From assembly GCA_032718475.1 (NCBI GenBank), contig JAUCBJ010002904.1, forward strand, positions 16,038 to 80,037: a DNA stretch of 64,000 bases, read 5' to 3'. Of the stretch, positions 13,351-24,249 are shown piece after piece. Position numbers and translations under genes: made by a program. How positions within the stretch are numbered: position 1 is the stretch's first letter; every line of letters starts with the position of its first letter. The notes below the pieces were generated by a model, which was not told the origin of the DNA, made no database searches, and saw only the letters and a list, made by a program, of their open reading frames with translations. Origin of the DNA: Nemertoderma westbladi. Taxonomy: Eukaryota > Animalia > Xenacoelomorpha.

Positions 13351-14525
13351 TGTTCGCGCTTTTAGACCTTTAGCAGTTTAACCCGCTAATTTTAGGTGTC
13401 TTCTAGTTTGTAAATCGACTTTAGCCTATAACAAGTATTTGTTGCATATAAGATATAAAGTTACACTAGCCGAAGCCAGCCTATGCGCGACCATTCACCC
13501 ACAGTTAAGGGAGACTGGATTCGGAGGCTCTGACCTTATTGCGGTGTAGACTTACTGTACTATTCGATTGATCGTTAATATATAATCTCTGACAAATATT
13601 ATTTACTTTCAGGAAATATTAACAGTTCCTTTAGGACGTGGCGTTCTAATTATGTAAACAGAGTTATGACTTACACTAAACACAACGGGATGGCTAATGA
13701 TTTTCGTATAAAGCGCATTCTTTAGGAAATGCTTTGTTATCTGTCACACTCATGCACACTACCGCACACTGCTGCACACTGATCTGCCAACCTTCACTAA
13801 ATTTGATCATATATAAAGAGAATAGCAACCGACACATGTAGGGATTATGAAATAGTATTCAATTCTCTCCAAAACCACTATAATGTAAGTCGCAATTGCT
13901 ACAGGTAACCGGTCTCTCTAACCTTCAGTATATCAAGAAGATTGGGGTTTTATGATTATTTATCGATATTCTCCAAATATAACAACATATCCATCAACTT
14001 CTAACAATTAATAACCGACAGTAAATAGCAGTAAAATAATGCGGTGAAAGGTATGTATAGTAAGATATGGGCTGATATGCTATGCTGTGCTGAGCCATGT
14101 TGCGATAACAGTTATACGTTTCTATGATCAAAGCCGTCGAATGTTTGGCTAAAGTCTGAAACTAAGAATAATTCCAAAGCCGATATTCTGGGCTCAGGAA
14201 AAAGGTAAACAAAGACCGTCATGCATTGCGCGATTTCCTGTAGGCTTCTGTACAAATAAAATGAAAATCGCTCTGATTGGTCGAGTGAGCTGAACAAAGA
14301 GAGTTAAAAGCTCCACATCGACATCAAAATCAGCTGATAGATTTCGTCATCTAAGCCACACTGTATTAAGAGTATTTTGTCCGCTAAAGTACACATACAG
14401 AAAAATGGCTTTTTATGTCCACTAAAACACCTACAAAGTAAGAAAACGGCTTTTTATGTCCGCTAAAACACCTACAAAGTACTTTGCGGGAAAAATGACT
14501 AGTTATATCCGCAAAAGCCTTTACA
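13351..14525 (-). repeat. BEL 3' LTR (1175 bp)
   Basis: Direct repeat of 42517-43718 with about 14 substitutions and 3 indels by eye. A purine-rich GGGAGCGG (minus strand, 14526-14533) is adjacent. Confidence 0.95.
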
Positions 14526-14602
14526 CCGCTCCCAAAAATGGGATTTAATTCTATAAAATATAAAAAATCACAGTTTCTAAAATATAAAAATACTCTAAAC
14601 AG

Positions 14603-17600
14603 TTAGTCTTTCTTGCGCGGACGGCGTTTACAGAGTTTTTTGAGGCTAGCAAGAGTCCTTTTCTCTTTGGGGCGAGCCACTTTACTAGGAGGGCTATAAC
14701 TCCTGGGTGAAGGGTGCAATACAATTGAATCGGAAGGTTTAGGATTACGGTCGGTGTATCCGCCGGTCGAGGTACCTGGTTGATCGATATCAACCTCAGT
14801 GGAGCGAGGTCGGACGGCCTTTAGAGCGCGTTTCAGGACAGCAGCTCTTACTGGTCCCTGATGAATCGTCTGAACGAGAGCAGTGGGTGGACCATGGATA
14901 GTGAGAAACTTCCTCGGTTTAATGGTTCTTTCCAACTCGCGTTCTCGGGCTCGATATTCGTAGGGCCGTCGAGATACTTCTTGTAACTCAGGGTGCGAGT
15001 TGATAAATAAATCGCCATACTCAGGGTCTTGACGGATGAAATTTATCAAATGGTATGAAGTAATATCGTTAGGATTGACGTTCCTGAGATATTTTCGAAC
15101 AAATTTGGTGGAAATACACTCACCAACATGCTTCATTAGTTCGTAACTCGGTGTGCGTGTTTTTTGTTCAACAGACGCGAATAAATAAGGATGGAACGCG
15201 TAAACTCCCTCGTAAGAGCGTCCAGGGTAATAGCGATGGCGGGACTCACAACGTAAATCCGCGTTCGCTTCCCAAGCTCGGATGTATCGCAGGGTAATCA
15301 TCTCATCTACGCTTTCTAAATCGCGATTAAAGGGGCAATTATAACTGGCATGTCCTTTAAGTTGAAAGTGGTGGCATTGAGTCATAAATTGGGGGCAGAC
15401 TGAAAAAATGTACGAGTTATTAAGTCTGCAATACGCACAATAGATCTCCATCGCCGGTTGTTCATGGAAATAGGAGCAGGGTACGTCTGAGTCCATGGGG
15501 GTGAAATGATCTCTCGATGCGCATAATCGGCAACGTTTTCGAGAAACATAGTTGGCATGCCGATAGTCGTATGCGGTGAGATACTGTGGACCTTGATACC
15601 ATCCCAAGATGTAGTCGTTGTCGCTGCTCCGGGGCGCTGTAGGCTGAACCTCCTCGGATTCTAAGCATATTGGTTCGTCTTCCAATTGCATAGCTGAGGT
15701 AGGTGTGGCTGTCTCCTCAAGCGAACCCACTGTCTGAACTTCCACGATAGAATAACCCATGGGGATTCGAGGTCCTTGTATAACGGAGGAATGTAAGTTC
15801 TGTATACAAACATCCTGGAAAATGGCGAATCCAGCGCTGTCTAACTTCTCAGCAGCGGTCCTTGAACTGACTATCAACGTTACGGAACGGAGTCAGAAAG
15901 CGCCTGAAACATTCGAAGCAGATGAATTTATTGTGTTCATCTAGCTTGGCGAGTTTGGTTCCAAGTATTAAGGGATGGGCGCGTATAGTACGACTGCACA
16001 CATCGGCTAGCCAACCGGCAAGTGCGGCGTTTTCAAAGATCGTGTATATAGCTAAGGAGGGATGAAGGGGAACACTCATGAAGCTATACACGACACCAGG
16101 TGCAGTCAATGGTCCATCGAAGTATAATCGAGAATAATGATCTCCATATACTTGTTGATAGGATTTCCGACCTTGAAATTCCATCCGTATTCTTGAAAGG
16201 CAAGATGTCCGATGGAGGTTCGTTGTACTTTAGTGATACTGCTGGGTGTATTGGCATACATAGTACGGAAGAAACCTTGGCCTTCTGCCCAGGGAGCAAT
16301 CAGCTGAGTATCTACGAAAGAATATGGGATATTCTCCATGTTCCTAAAGTCGTTTTGGAGATCTCCATAAACAGCTGAGCCGATTTTAAGGATTCTTTCG
16401 TTAAACAACATCTTGAGCACGGGCTGGGGTAACATTGATCCATCGATACCCATGGCCGGTTTGCGCTCGGTGTCAGTGACGTAACGCTGCGCGAGTTCGA
16501 ATTGTCCATGTCGGGGTTCTTTTGTATCTCGGTGAGAGTCTCAAAAGAATAATCAATCACATCGGAACACGCTCAAGTAAATACGTGGGTAGAACCAGCT
16601 AGTCCTCGTATATGTATCATACGCGTAGTCCCCAGTTCTCCAACCGGAACGCTACCTTCGTTATCGTAAGTGACAACTCCATACATCTCGATAACGTTAA
16701 GAGTTTCGTTCCACTCTTTAGTGGCGTTTTCTAGGGTCATTCCCACTGGATGCCACAAGGTGGCGCATTTGCTAGCGTTAGGTAGATCTCTATACTTCAA
16801 ATACTGTGTAGTATATGTTTCTACATCTCCATATCGTTGTATTCTTTCCTCCTCGAATAACACGTCGAGATTCCAGTGGACTAATCGAGTTTTGATAAAT
16901 CCATTGAGATTATACGGAGGTATTACATCCTTCTCTATTCTGGAAACATTATAGGGTTTTCGGAATGAGTTTACTTTCACTAACTGATCCAGATGTTTCT
17001 GCAGTTGTTCGAGTTCGACGAGATCGAGAGGATTTATTAGTGGTAGAAACCTTAGACTATGTGTAGGATCTTCCGGTTTTACCATGTAATATTGAGTTAG
17101 ATTGACATAATAAGGGTGATCTTTGATCCCATAAAACGAGTTCGGTAAAAGTCTAGCGCGTATGTTGACCTCGTGTACCATACGACGGACAAGATCCGCT
17201 CTATTGTCCGGAGGTTCTACGAGTATACCATCGACACGAGCGGCCTCGATTGGCGGACGTTGCAACATAGGAGCGTCAGCGATAAGATCTCGAGATCTTA
17301 GGTTGATATCAACTGGTTGAGGTTGTGCCGTGGCGAAGAGTTTGTCTCCGAAATGGGGAACCATCGAAGGATGAATGATGGTTTTAGAATAGAGATCAGT
17401 CATAAGGATTTGAGCTTCTGGCTGGGCTAAAGCTGCTTCTTCTCTCTCATCCATTTCTATGTGTTTCTCCTCGAGCTGATTTTCCTCTGCTTGTCGTTGT
17501 AAACGCTCGTCTAGGAACTCTTGTAGAGAATAGGTTCGTCCAAGTTCGAGGTCTTCCTCGAGGTTCTGGATTTCTCGATTGAACTGGGGTAAAGCTAATT

Positions 17601-18794
17601 CTTTCACCGCTTGGACTTGTTGCTGCAATTTACGTTTCTCTAAACAATCGTAAGTTCCTTTTCCGATCTTCTGCCGAATAGCGTCTAACGCGTTTCGTAC
17701 AACGCTCTCCTCTACTTCGGTGACGGGTTGTATCGGGGTTAAACCGGGATGATTGTATGGGTTGAACGGCGATATTAGATGCCCGCGTCCCAATCCGGCT
17801 AGGTAGGAAGAGCGAATATCTAGCGAGCCCACTACCGGAGTGCCACCGATTAATTGTTCGGGTAACACAAGATCATTAAATAGTGAGTACAGTTCAGGGG
17901 GATCCGTTATACTATTGGGATCAAGCATTTGGGGTCTCACTAAGGAATGAGGAGGTCTGACCGAGTATTCCGGAACTCTGATCATGGGTTTATTTAAGGA
18001 TCGTTTGAGTTGAGCAAGCGTAGGTGATACGTCGAACAAGTTTCGCTTGAAACTCCCATAAGTATAGCGAGTAAAACTGTGTTTTGCGCAACGTCTCCGC
18101 GGATGTTTATGTCTTTCCGTTTGCTGATTGGGTCTAGAGCATTCGTCGCAGTAATACCAAAGACGCACGTCCTGCAGGGGAAACGCGGGTGATCATTCTC
18201 CAGTTTTACAATATTCCTCCATCTGTTCGAAGCTATCTGGGACGACAGGTAGCGGTCAATCGGCGGTAAGATACATCATAGTGAAATAGAGCCGTTTGAG
18301 TTCTATCATGGGGTCATGATGTATACCTTGAGGATATCGAGTTTCTAGATTCTGTTGACTGGCAATATTGAGATATGTTTCTCTCAAGAATTCCAGATAA
18401 TCGTTGAAGTCGCTGCGTTTATCCGGCTCTTCAACGTCTTCTCTTTCGAGTCGGTTTCGAATAGAATTCTCGTGTTCTATTCTCGGTTTATCGTTCCGAC
18501 TCCGCTGGGTATGATATTTAAATAAAACCATTTCCCTTTCGGTGTCTATATCGTCCGTATCGTGTAAATTGATAGGATGACCAATAGTTAAGAAGTCCAT
18601 ATTCGTACCATTACTATGCGTAGCGAGCAGTGAATTTTCTATAGCTAATTTTCTTTTGGCGGTTCGATATAACGACCATCGTCCTCCGTAGTAGTTGGAC
18701 TAGCGTCGCCGCGTATTAAGCTATCAACAAACGCTTGTAACGGTAGAGTATATCGTTCCCTGATACCAAGATCATCTTCTATTAACTCAGTCAT
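14603..18794 (-). pseudogene. BEL accessory ORF: unknown N-terminus, DEDDy 3'-5' exonuclease (WRN/EXD-like), Cys/His Zn fingers, multiply frameshifted
   Basis: Chain of same-strand ORFs 18256-18600, 16573-18168, 16312-16560, 16106-16453, 15849-16184 and 14603-15877. Motifs VVTYDNEG, LPQPVLKMLFNERILKIGSAVYGD, FVDTQ, CRLCASRDH, CAYC and CP...C...GH...CP. Confidence 0.7.
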
Positions 18795-19617
18795 AGCAGC
18801 TATATGAGTTTATCAATATTATAATGAGTTTATAATTAGGCTAGTGGGCGTCGCTGCCTACCCCTCACGGCCCCCGGACAGCGCAAGATCCTCAGCGCCG
18901 ATGTACCGTCGTCGCTGTGTTTTTCGCCAACGTAGTAGCTACACAACGACAATGATAACCAGCGCGAGTCACTCCACTGTCCGTCCCAAGGGCTATGATT
19001 TGCTTCAGGTTCTTACTGCAGAGGTAGGGCTACTTTCACAATTGCGACTCGCTACTGTAAACACACTTTAGTAGTAACATTCACCTATAAACGCACAAAT
19101 TCCACACAATTGTCACAAATTGTACACATTCGGGCCATTTGTCCGTTAGTCAAGTGCCTTCCAGAATGCCACGTTATTATTATGTATCCTTGGATACTAG
19201 CAGTGTGCTATTTATTCCTTATGCTATTCAATGGGGCAAGCTTTCTATTGTTCTTTTAACTCGCTTCTAATTCTAGCGTGGTTGTTGCTATGGTGACATT
19301 ATGGAAAGCTAGCAGTATAATTAGGGTAATTCCCATGCATACAGATCTGGGATGCTATTTAATAGTAATTCTTTAATTGTCAATATCCCCTTTATACATG
19401 ATTTTATGAATTTTATCGGCTATTGACTATATATTGGAGATTCTCGCACACTAATACACTTAATAGGGTGAATCTCCGCTCCCATGATCTATTAATTAAT
19501 GGAATTTTGGGAATGTTATAAATTGTATAAAAATGACAATTTATCAAATTCATTAAAAGAGATGAATTTAAATTTATTCCCGTAAATTTTATTATTTAAT
19601 GTTGGAATAAGCACAAT

Positions 19618-19882
19618 TTTATTCCAGAGCACGTCTGTGAACTGTGATCCTTGATTCTAGGAAATTTGTCCTTTTAAGAGTATCGGTAAGTGCTACGATA
19701 TCTTAATCGACTAGAATTTTAAAGGATCTAAAATATGACAGATTTTATAAATATTAATATTTAACATTTAAGATGGGCACCGGTTTATTCCAGAACTTGT
19801 CTGGGGACGTTAACCATTGATTCTAGAATTTTGTCTTTCAAGTATATCGGTGGGTGCCGCGATATCTTAATCGACTAGAATT
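19618..19882. repeat. Imperfect direct duplication of about 100 bp (period about 166 bp)
   Basis: TTTATTCCAGA...CGATATCTTAATCGACTAGAATT at 19618-19718 and 19784-19882. Confidence 0.75.
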
Positions 19883-20362
19883 GCAGATGGTCAAAGGGTT
19901 TAACAGATTTATTTTGCGTTTTGCGCTACTGTTAAAGGGACATCACGCTACTATATGTATTATTTAATATACGGTATGAGAGCAATATTGCAAGAAGCAA
20001 TGTCAGTGAGAAGAGGCAAGTCATTTCCAAGGTCTACCCAGAGCTTGGTTTAGCCAAGACACGAGGATCTGAATTTTGCATTCCTAATACTCTACTTACC
20101 AATAATACTTGAGTATAGTAGGAGCTTTATTGTACTTTAATAAGTACGGACATTTCATCTTACTGTAGTCACGTATTTATAATATGATACGGACAGTAAG
20201 GAAAGAGAAAAAGAATTATTTCTCGCCGTATATAATATAATATATAATATATATAACATATGAATAATATGCACTGCCCAGCATTTGTAAATTTAGTAAT
20301 TATGAAGACAAATGAAATAAATGCTACTGCTTGTATTGAAGAAAAGTTATGTTTTTATTCTA

Positions 20363-20405
20363 CAGATGATATTTCGGCTATATTGCATAGCCTTTATCAA
20401 ATCTA
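20363..20405 (-). ncRNA. Minimal type I hammerhead ribozyme candidate (U3-A8 variant)
   Basis: Minus strand reads TAGAT-TTGATAA-A-GGCTAT-GCAAT-ATAGCC-GAAA-TA-TC-ATCTG. Helices I and II pair, and the motif lies in the PLE 3' UTR. Confidence 0.7.
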
Positions 20406-20497
20406 TTTTTTATTATTCTTATTTGAATTTGTTTACATAGAATATCGTAATTCTTAGTTTGTTGTTAAGGTAACCTAGACTTAATATAATAAAGTTT

Positions 20498-23434
20498 TTA
20501 TTGTTGAATGTAGTCATGGAAGGAGTTCAAGCCCTTTAGATTAGTGAGCAGCATACCAATCCAAAATCGTTCTGATTTTCTTAGTTTCTTTATTGTTTCT
20601 ACGCAGTTGTCCCTTCTTGGTAATTGGTCAATCAAAATAAATTTCAAGTTTTTGGAGGATTTGTTGTGTTTTTCGATGAAATGCACTCCGATATTGCAAC
20701 TTTTCACACCTTTTTTTATATGAGATTTATAATTTCCAAGCCTCTTCTTGAAATTGATTGTTGAGCCAACACCCTGTAAATTGCATTCTATGCAGATAGC
20801 TAAATATACTACATTTTCCGAGTAACAGTTTAATCGTTTGTTTATTTTAAAAGTCTTGCCTGTAGCTACACATTTGAAATGGTTGGTTTCAATTAAGTAA
20901 TTTTCACAACAGTCACACTTTTTAGCGCTACAATTGTAACAACCAGGATTATCAATGCATGATAATTGTTTGTATGGATTGGATGGTGCTAGAAGTTCTT
21001 TTAGGTTTGGGTTTCTTTTATATGCAACAATTATTTCGTTTCGTGGTAGTATTTTCCTTGCCATTTCGTTTGACTCTAATATACCATAATGTTTATTGAT
21101 AAGTCTTTTAAAGTTTGGAGCCATTGGGTTATACGTTGTTACTAAAACTGTTGGATTTTTAATACTTTTGTTTTTTCCTTTATAATTTCTTGCTTCCGAT
21201 CTTTGCATGTTCCTAACTTCTTCAAAGACTGTATTTACATGATCTGCATTATGTCCACACTTAATTAGGTGGTTCTTGTACACGTTACCTTGAGTCACGT
21301 AGTCTTTATCTTTTGTGTTAATTCTTTTCAACCTTAAGGCAACTCCTTTAGGAATTCCGTTGATTTGGCATTTAGGGTGGGCAGATTTACTATTTAAATA
21401 TATATGTGAATCTGTAGGTATACTATACACTGATGTTGTTAACTGATTATTTTCAATTGTTATGTTTAGATCTAAAAAGTGTAACGATTTAGCACCTATA
21501 TCCAGTGTAAACTTAAGTTTTGGATCCAATGTATTTAATAGCTTAAAGAATTCGAATAGACGCCTTTTTGAACCACGCCATATGGAGAATATATCGTCTC
21601 TGTATCTAAACCAACATCTTAATTCAGGGTATCTTTTTTTCTTGTTAATTACTTTTATATCAATATCTCCTGCCACTATGTCAGCGTAAGAACAAGAATT
21701 TTTCGGTCCCATTGCAGTGCCGTCTGTTTGTATCCAAAACTCATTTTGATACTGTGATACGTTGTTTTTTAGGCAAATTTCCAATGCTTCAATAATGCAG
21801 TCAGAAGGTACATCAAACAAGTGTATATTTTCTTTTAATTTATTAGAAACTATATTGATCCCGTTTTTGTTGTCAATAGAAGGAAACATATTAATAATAT
21901 CAAAACTAATCAATATATCATTATCTGCAATTTCATGTAAATTTAATTCATCTATTATTTCCAGCATGTGTGAGGTATCTTTTACCCGATGTGGTAATGT
22001 GTTAGCTATCTTTTTGCAGTATGTTTCTACAAATTGAGAAAGATTTTCTGTTGCGCTACCACAACCTGATGTTATTACACGCGCAGGTGCTTGTTCTTTG
22101 TGTAGTTTTATTCTTGGATAATTTGTGCCCGGTGTAGGTTCAGAGTTTAATAAAATATAATTTACCCATTTATTGCTTAGTCCAAGGTCTTTCCATTTTT
22201 CAGTCCAGTTTGTAATTTGGTTTAAAATTGTAAAACTCGGGTCTTTTTCAACTTTCTTAAATGATCCACAATCCATTTGCTCTTTTAGTTTTTTGTTGTC
22301 TGTTTCCTTATCAATGAATACAAAAGAATTTCCTTTGTCTTGTAATCTCATAATATATTCCTTATCATTTATGTTTGTTTTTCTAAATTTATTTAACGCT
22401 TCTCTTTCTTGAGGATCTATGTTGTCTCTTACTTTCTTTAACTTAGTATCTTTAAAAATATCTTTCTCAATACTGTCAAGAAATACTTCGATTGCTGGAA
22501 TATTGCATTTTGGTGGATTTCGTGTTGATGCTATGTGTGGTGGAAATAATGAATTGTCAACTTTGTCTGCTGATTCTATATTAATTACTTCCATATTGTC
22601 TTTATAAAAAAACACTTTCCATAGCACTTTTCTTTTAAAATTTTGCCAATTTCTTTGTATATCATCCCAATTGACACTCATTGGCTGTGGTACAAATGAA
22701 GGCCCCAAACTACATAATTTAATAAGTCCGGGATCAATTTTTTGTTCTGTTAAATTAAATACTTTTACGTTACTATTTGTTGTTACATTAACATTTCCAA
22801 TGCTTTCATTTTCCTGTTCTAGAACATTTAAGGATTTCTCCAAATTTCCTAGACTTTCTTTATTATTTTTTGACATAATATCATTTACTAATGATCTCAT
22901 TTTATTTCTAAACACATTAATATTGTTGTCATTTACATATGAAAGGTTGTAAATACCATCACTACTGTCTATACACATTTTACCGAACTTACATACGTAC
23001 ACGCCACATTGATAACTATTAAATTGTACTCTTTTTATTGGTGGTTCTATTATGATTTCGATGTCCAAAATGTTGTTTTTCAATGCCTCTTTTTTAATCC
23101 AATATTTTAAACTGTTTATAATCTTTATATTTTGTCCACCCATAGAATCTAAGTAAAATATTTTTCGCGATTTTGGTTTAAATATTACTAAAACCCAATG
23201 GTCACCATTCATAAGGACTGGGAAGTACAAACCATCGTAATTGAATATGTTTATTTTTGAAGTCCATTGTTTTATGGCATTGTATCCCCCACGTTCAGAG
23301 TTTAATATTTCAAAAAAATGTGTGTTGAATGTTCTGTTCAAAGTATTCGTGTTGCAATCGCACCAATATCTAAGCAAACTTTCCAAAATATTGTCAGATA
23401 ACCATCCCTCCTCTTTTAAACTGCCAATATCCAT
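20498..23434 (-). CDS. Ulp1/C48 protease - PLE reverse transcriptase - Cys-rich linker - GIY-YIG endonuclease (978 aa, uninterrupted)
   Basis: Protease GWLSD, HWVL, YLDS and QFNSYQCG. RT DKGNSFV, KLHK, SFDIINMFPSI, GTAMG and RYRDD. Linker CYNC...CDCC. Endonuclease NVVYLAICIECNLQGVGST...R. The frame stays open upstream to the LINE junction. Confidence 0.92.
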   Translation of the reverse strand: MDIGSLKEEGWLSDNILESLLRYWCDCNTNTLNRTFNTHFFEILNSERGGYNAIKQWTSKINIFNYDGLYFPVLMNGDHWVLVIFKPKSRKIFYLDSMGGQNIKIINSLKYWIKKEALKNNILDIEIIIEPPIKRVQFNSYQCGVYVCKFGKMCIDSSDGIYNLSYVNDNNINVFRNKMRSLVNDIMSKNNKESLGNLEKSLNVLEQENESIGNVNVTTNSNVKVFNLTEQKIDPGLIKLCSLGPSFVPQPMSVNWDDIQRNWQNFKRKVLWKVFFYKDNMEVINIESADKVDNSLFPPHIASTRNPPKCNIPAIEVFLDSIEKDIFKDTKLKKVRDNIDPQEREALNKFRKTNINDKEYIMRLQDKGNSFVFIDKETDNKKLKEQMDCGSFKKVEKDPSFTILNQITNWTEKWKDLGLSNKWVNYILLNSEPTPGTNYPRIKLHKEQAPARVITSGCGSATENLSQFVETYCKKIANTLPHRVKDTSHMLEIIDELNLHEIADNDILISFDIINMFPSIDNKNGINIVSNKLKENIHLFDVPSDCIIEALEICLKNNVSQYQNEFWIQTDGTAMGPKNSCSYADIVAGDIDIKVINKKKRYPELRCWFRYRDDIFSIWRGSKRRLFEFFKLLNTLDPKLKFTLDIGAKSLHFLDLNITIENNQLTTSVYSIPTDSHIYLNSKSAHPKCQINGIPKGVALRLKRINTKDKDYVTQGNVYKNHLIKCGHNADHVNTVFEEVRNMQRSEARNYKGKNKSIKNPTVLVTTYNPMAPNFKRLINKHYGILESNEMARKILPRNEIIVAYKRNPNLKELLAPSNPYKQLSCIDNPGCYNCSAKKCDCCENYLIETNHFKCVATGKTFKINKRLNCYSENVVYLAICIECNLQGVGSTINFKKRLGNYKSHIKKGVKSCNIGVHFIEKHNKSSKNLKFILIDQLPRRDNCVETIKKLRKSERFWIGMLLTNLKGLNSFHDYIQQ

Positions 23435-23458
23435 TTCGTATAATGAACAATTGGAAAA

Positions 23459-24234
23459 ATGAACAAGGAACAGCTGAGAAACCTCTTCGCGGTATACCGC
23501 GCCGCGGACCAGAAACGCCGTGACTCAACCGGTAATGGTACAGATCTCAATCTTACCAACTCAGGATTGAGTACCGGAACAGGTGCAGGTATAGAAAACA
23601 ACTTAGCAGTCCGAATATTGCAAGAGATGCAGGAACTGAGGAAAGAAGTACAAATATCGAATCAGTTACAGGGGAAAGTCGAGGAATTGTCCGAGAAACT
23701 GGACTCTTAGGGATTATTCGTAACCAACAGAGTTTTATAGAAACGGTGGACAGTGAGCGACGCGAGAGAAATCTGATTATTACTGGGATTAAAGAAACAT
23801 CTACCGACTCGGGAGGAGAAGGAGACAAGGAAAAGATCTTTGATGTAATTCAAGCTATGGGTTTAGGTGAAAGAATAACACAGGCAACTATCGCTAGAGA
23901 ATGGACGATTCAGCGTCTCGGAAAAGAGAACTCCGGATCAAGGGATAGACCCAGGCCCATTCTGGCTGTTGTCCGCAACAGAGAGGATCGCAACGTTATT
24001 TTGAGTAACGCTAAGAAGTTGAAGGAGGCAGAGGCTCCATTCAAAACCACGTATCTAAAGAAGGATGTTCATCCAAGTATTAGGAAGGAGATGGGTCGCC
24101 TGCGTGCGCGAGAATATACGGAGAAGAAAAAGCCACAGAACGAGGGGTGCGAAATATACTTGGATTATCGTGAGCGAGTGTTGAAGCGGGACGGTGTAAT
24201 TATCGACAGATTCAACGCGGTCCTGAGCGCCTAG
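23459..24234 (+). pseudogene. LINE ORF1 (coiled coil plus RRM-type), in-frame TAG at 23708
   Basis: ERRERNLIITGIKE...RLGK...RPRPIL...ILSNAKKLK...YLKKD is a typical LINE ORF1p signature. Confidence 0.8.
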
Positions 24235-24249
24235 CGGCGCGTAGGGCAT

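Larger units (their letters stand above)
20262..23458 (-). mobile_element. Penelope-like element (Neptune-type), 5'-truncated by the LINE
   Basis: PLE RT plus GIY-YIG ORF, a 3' hammerhead motif and an AT-rich insertion site. Boundaries are approximate. Confidence 0.88.
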
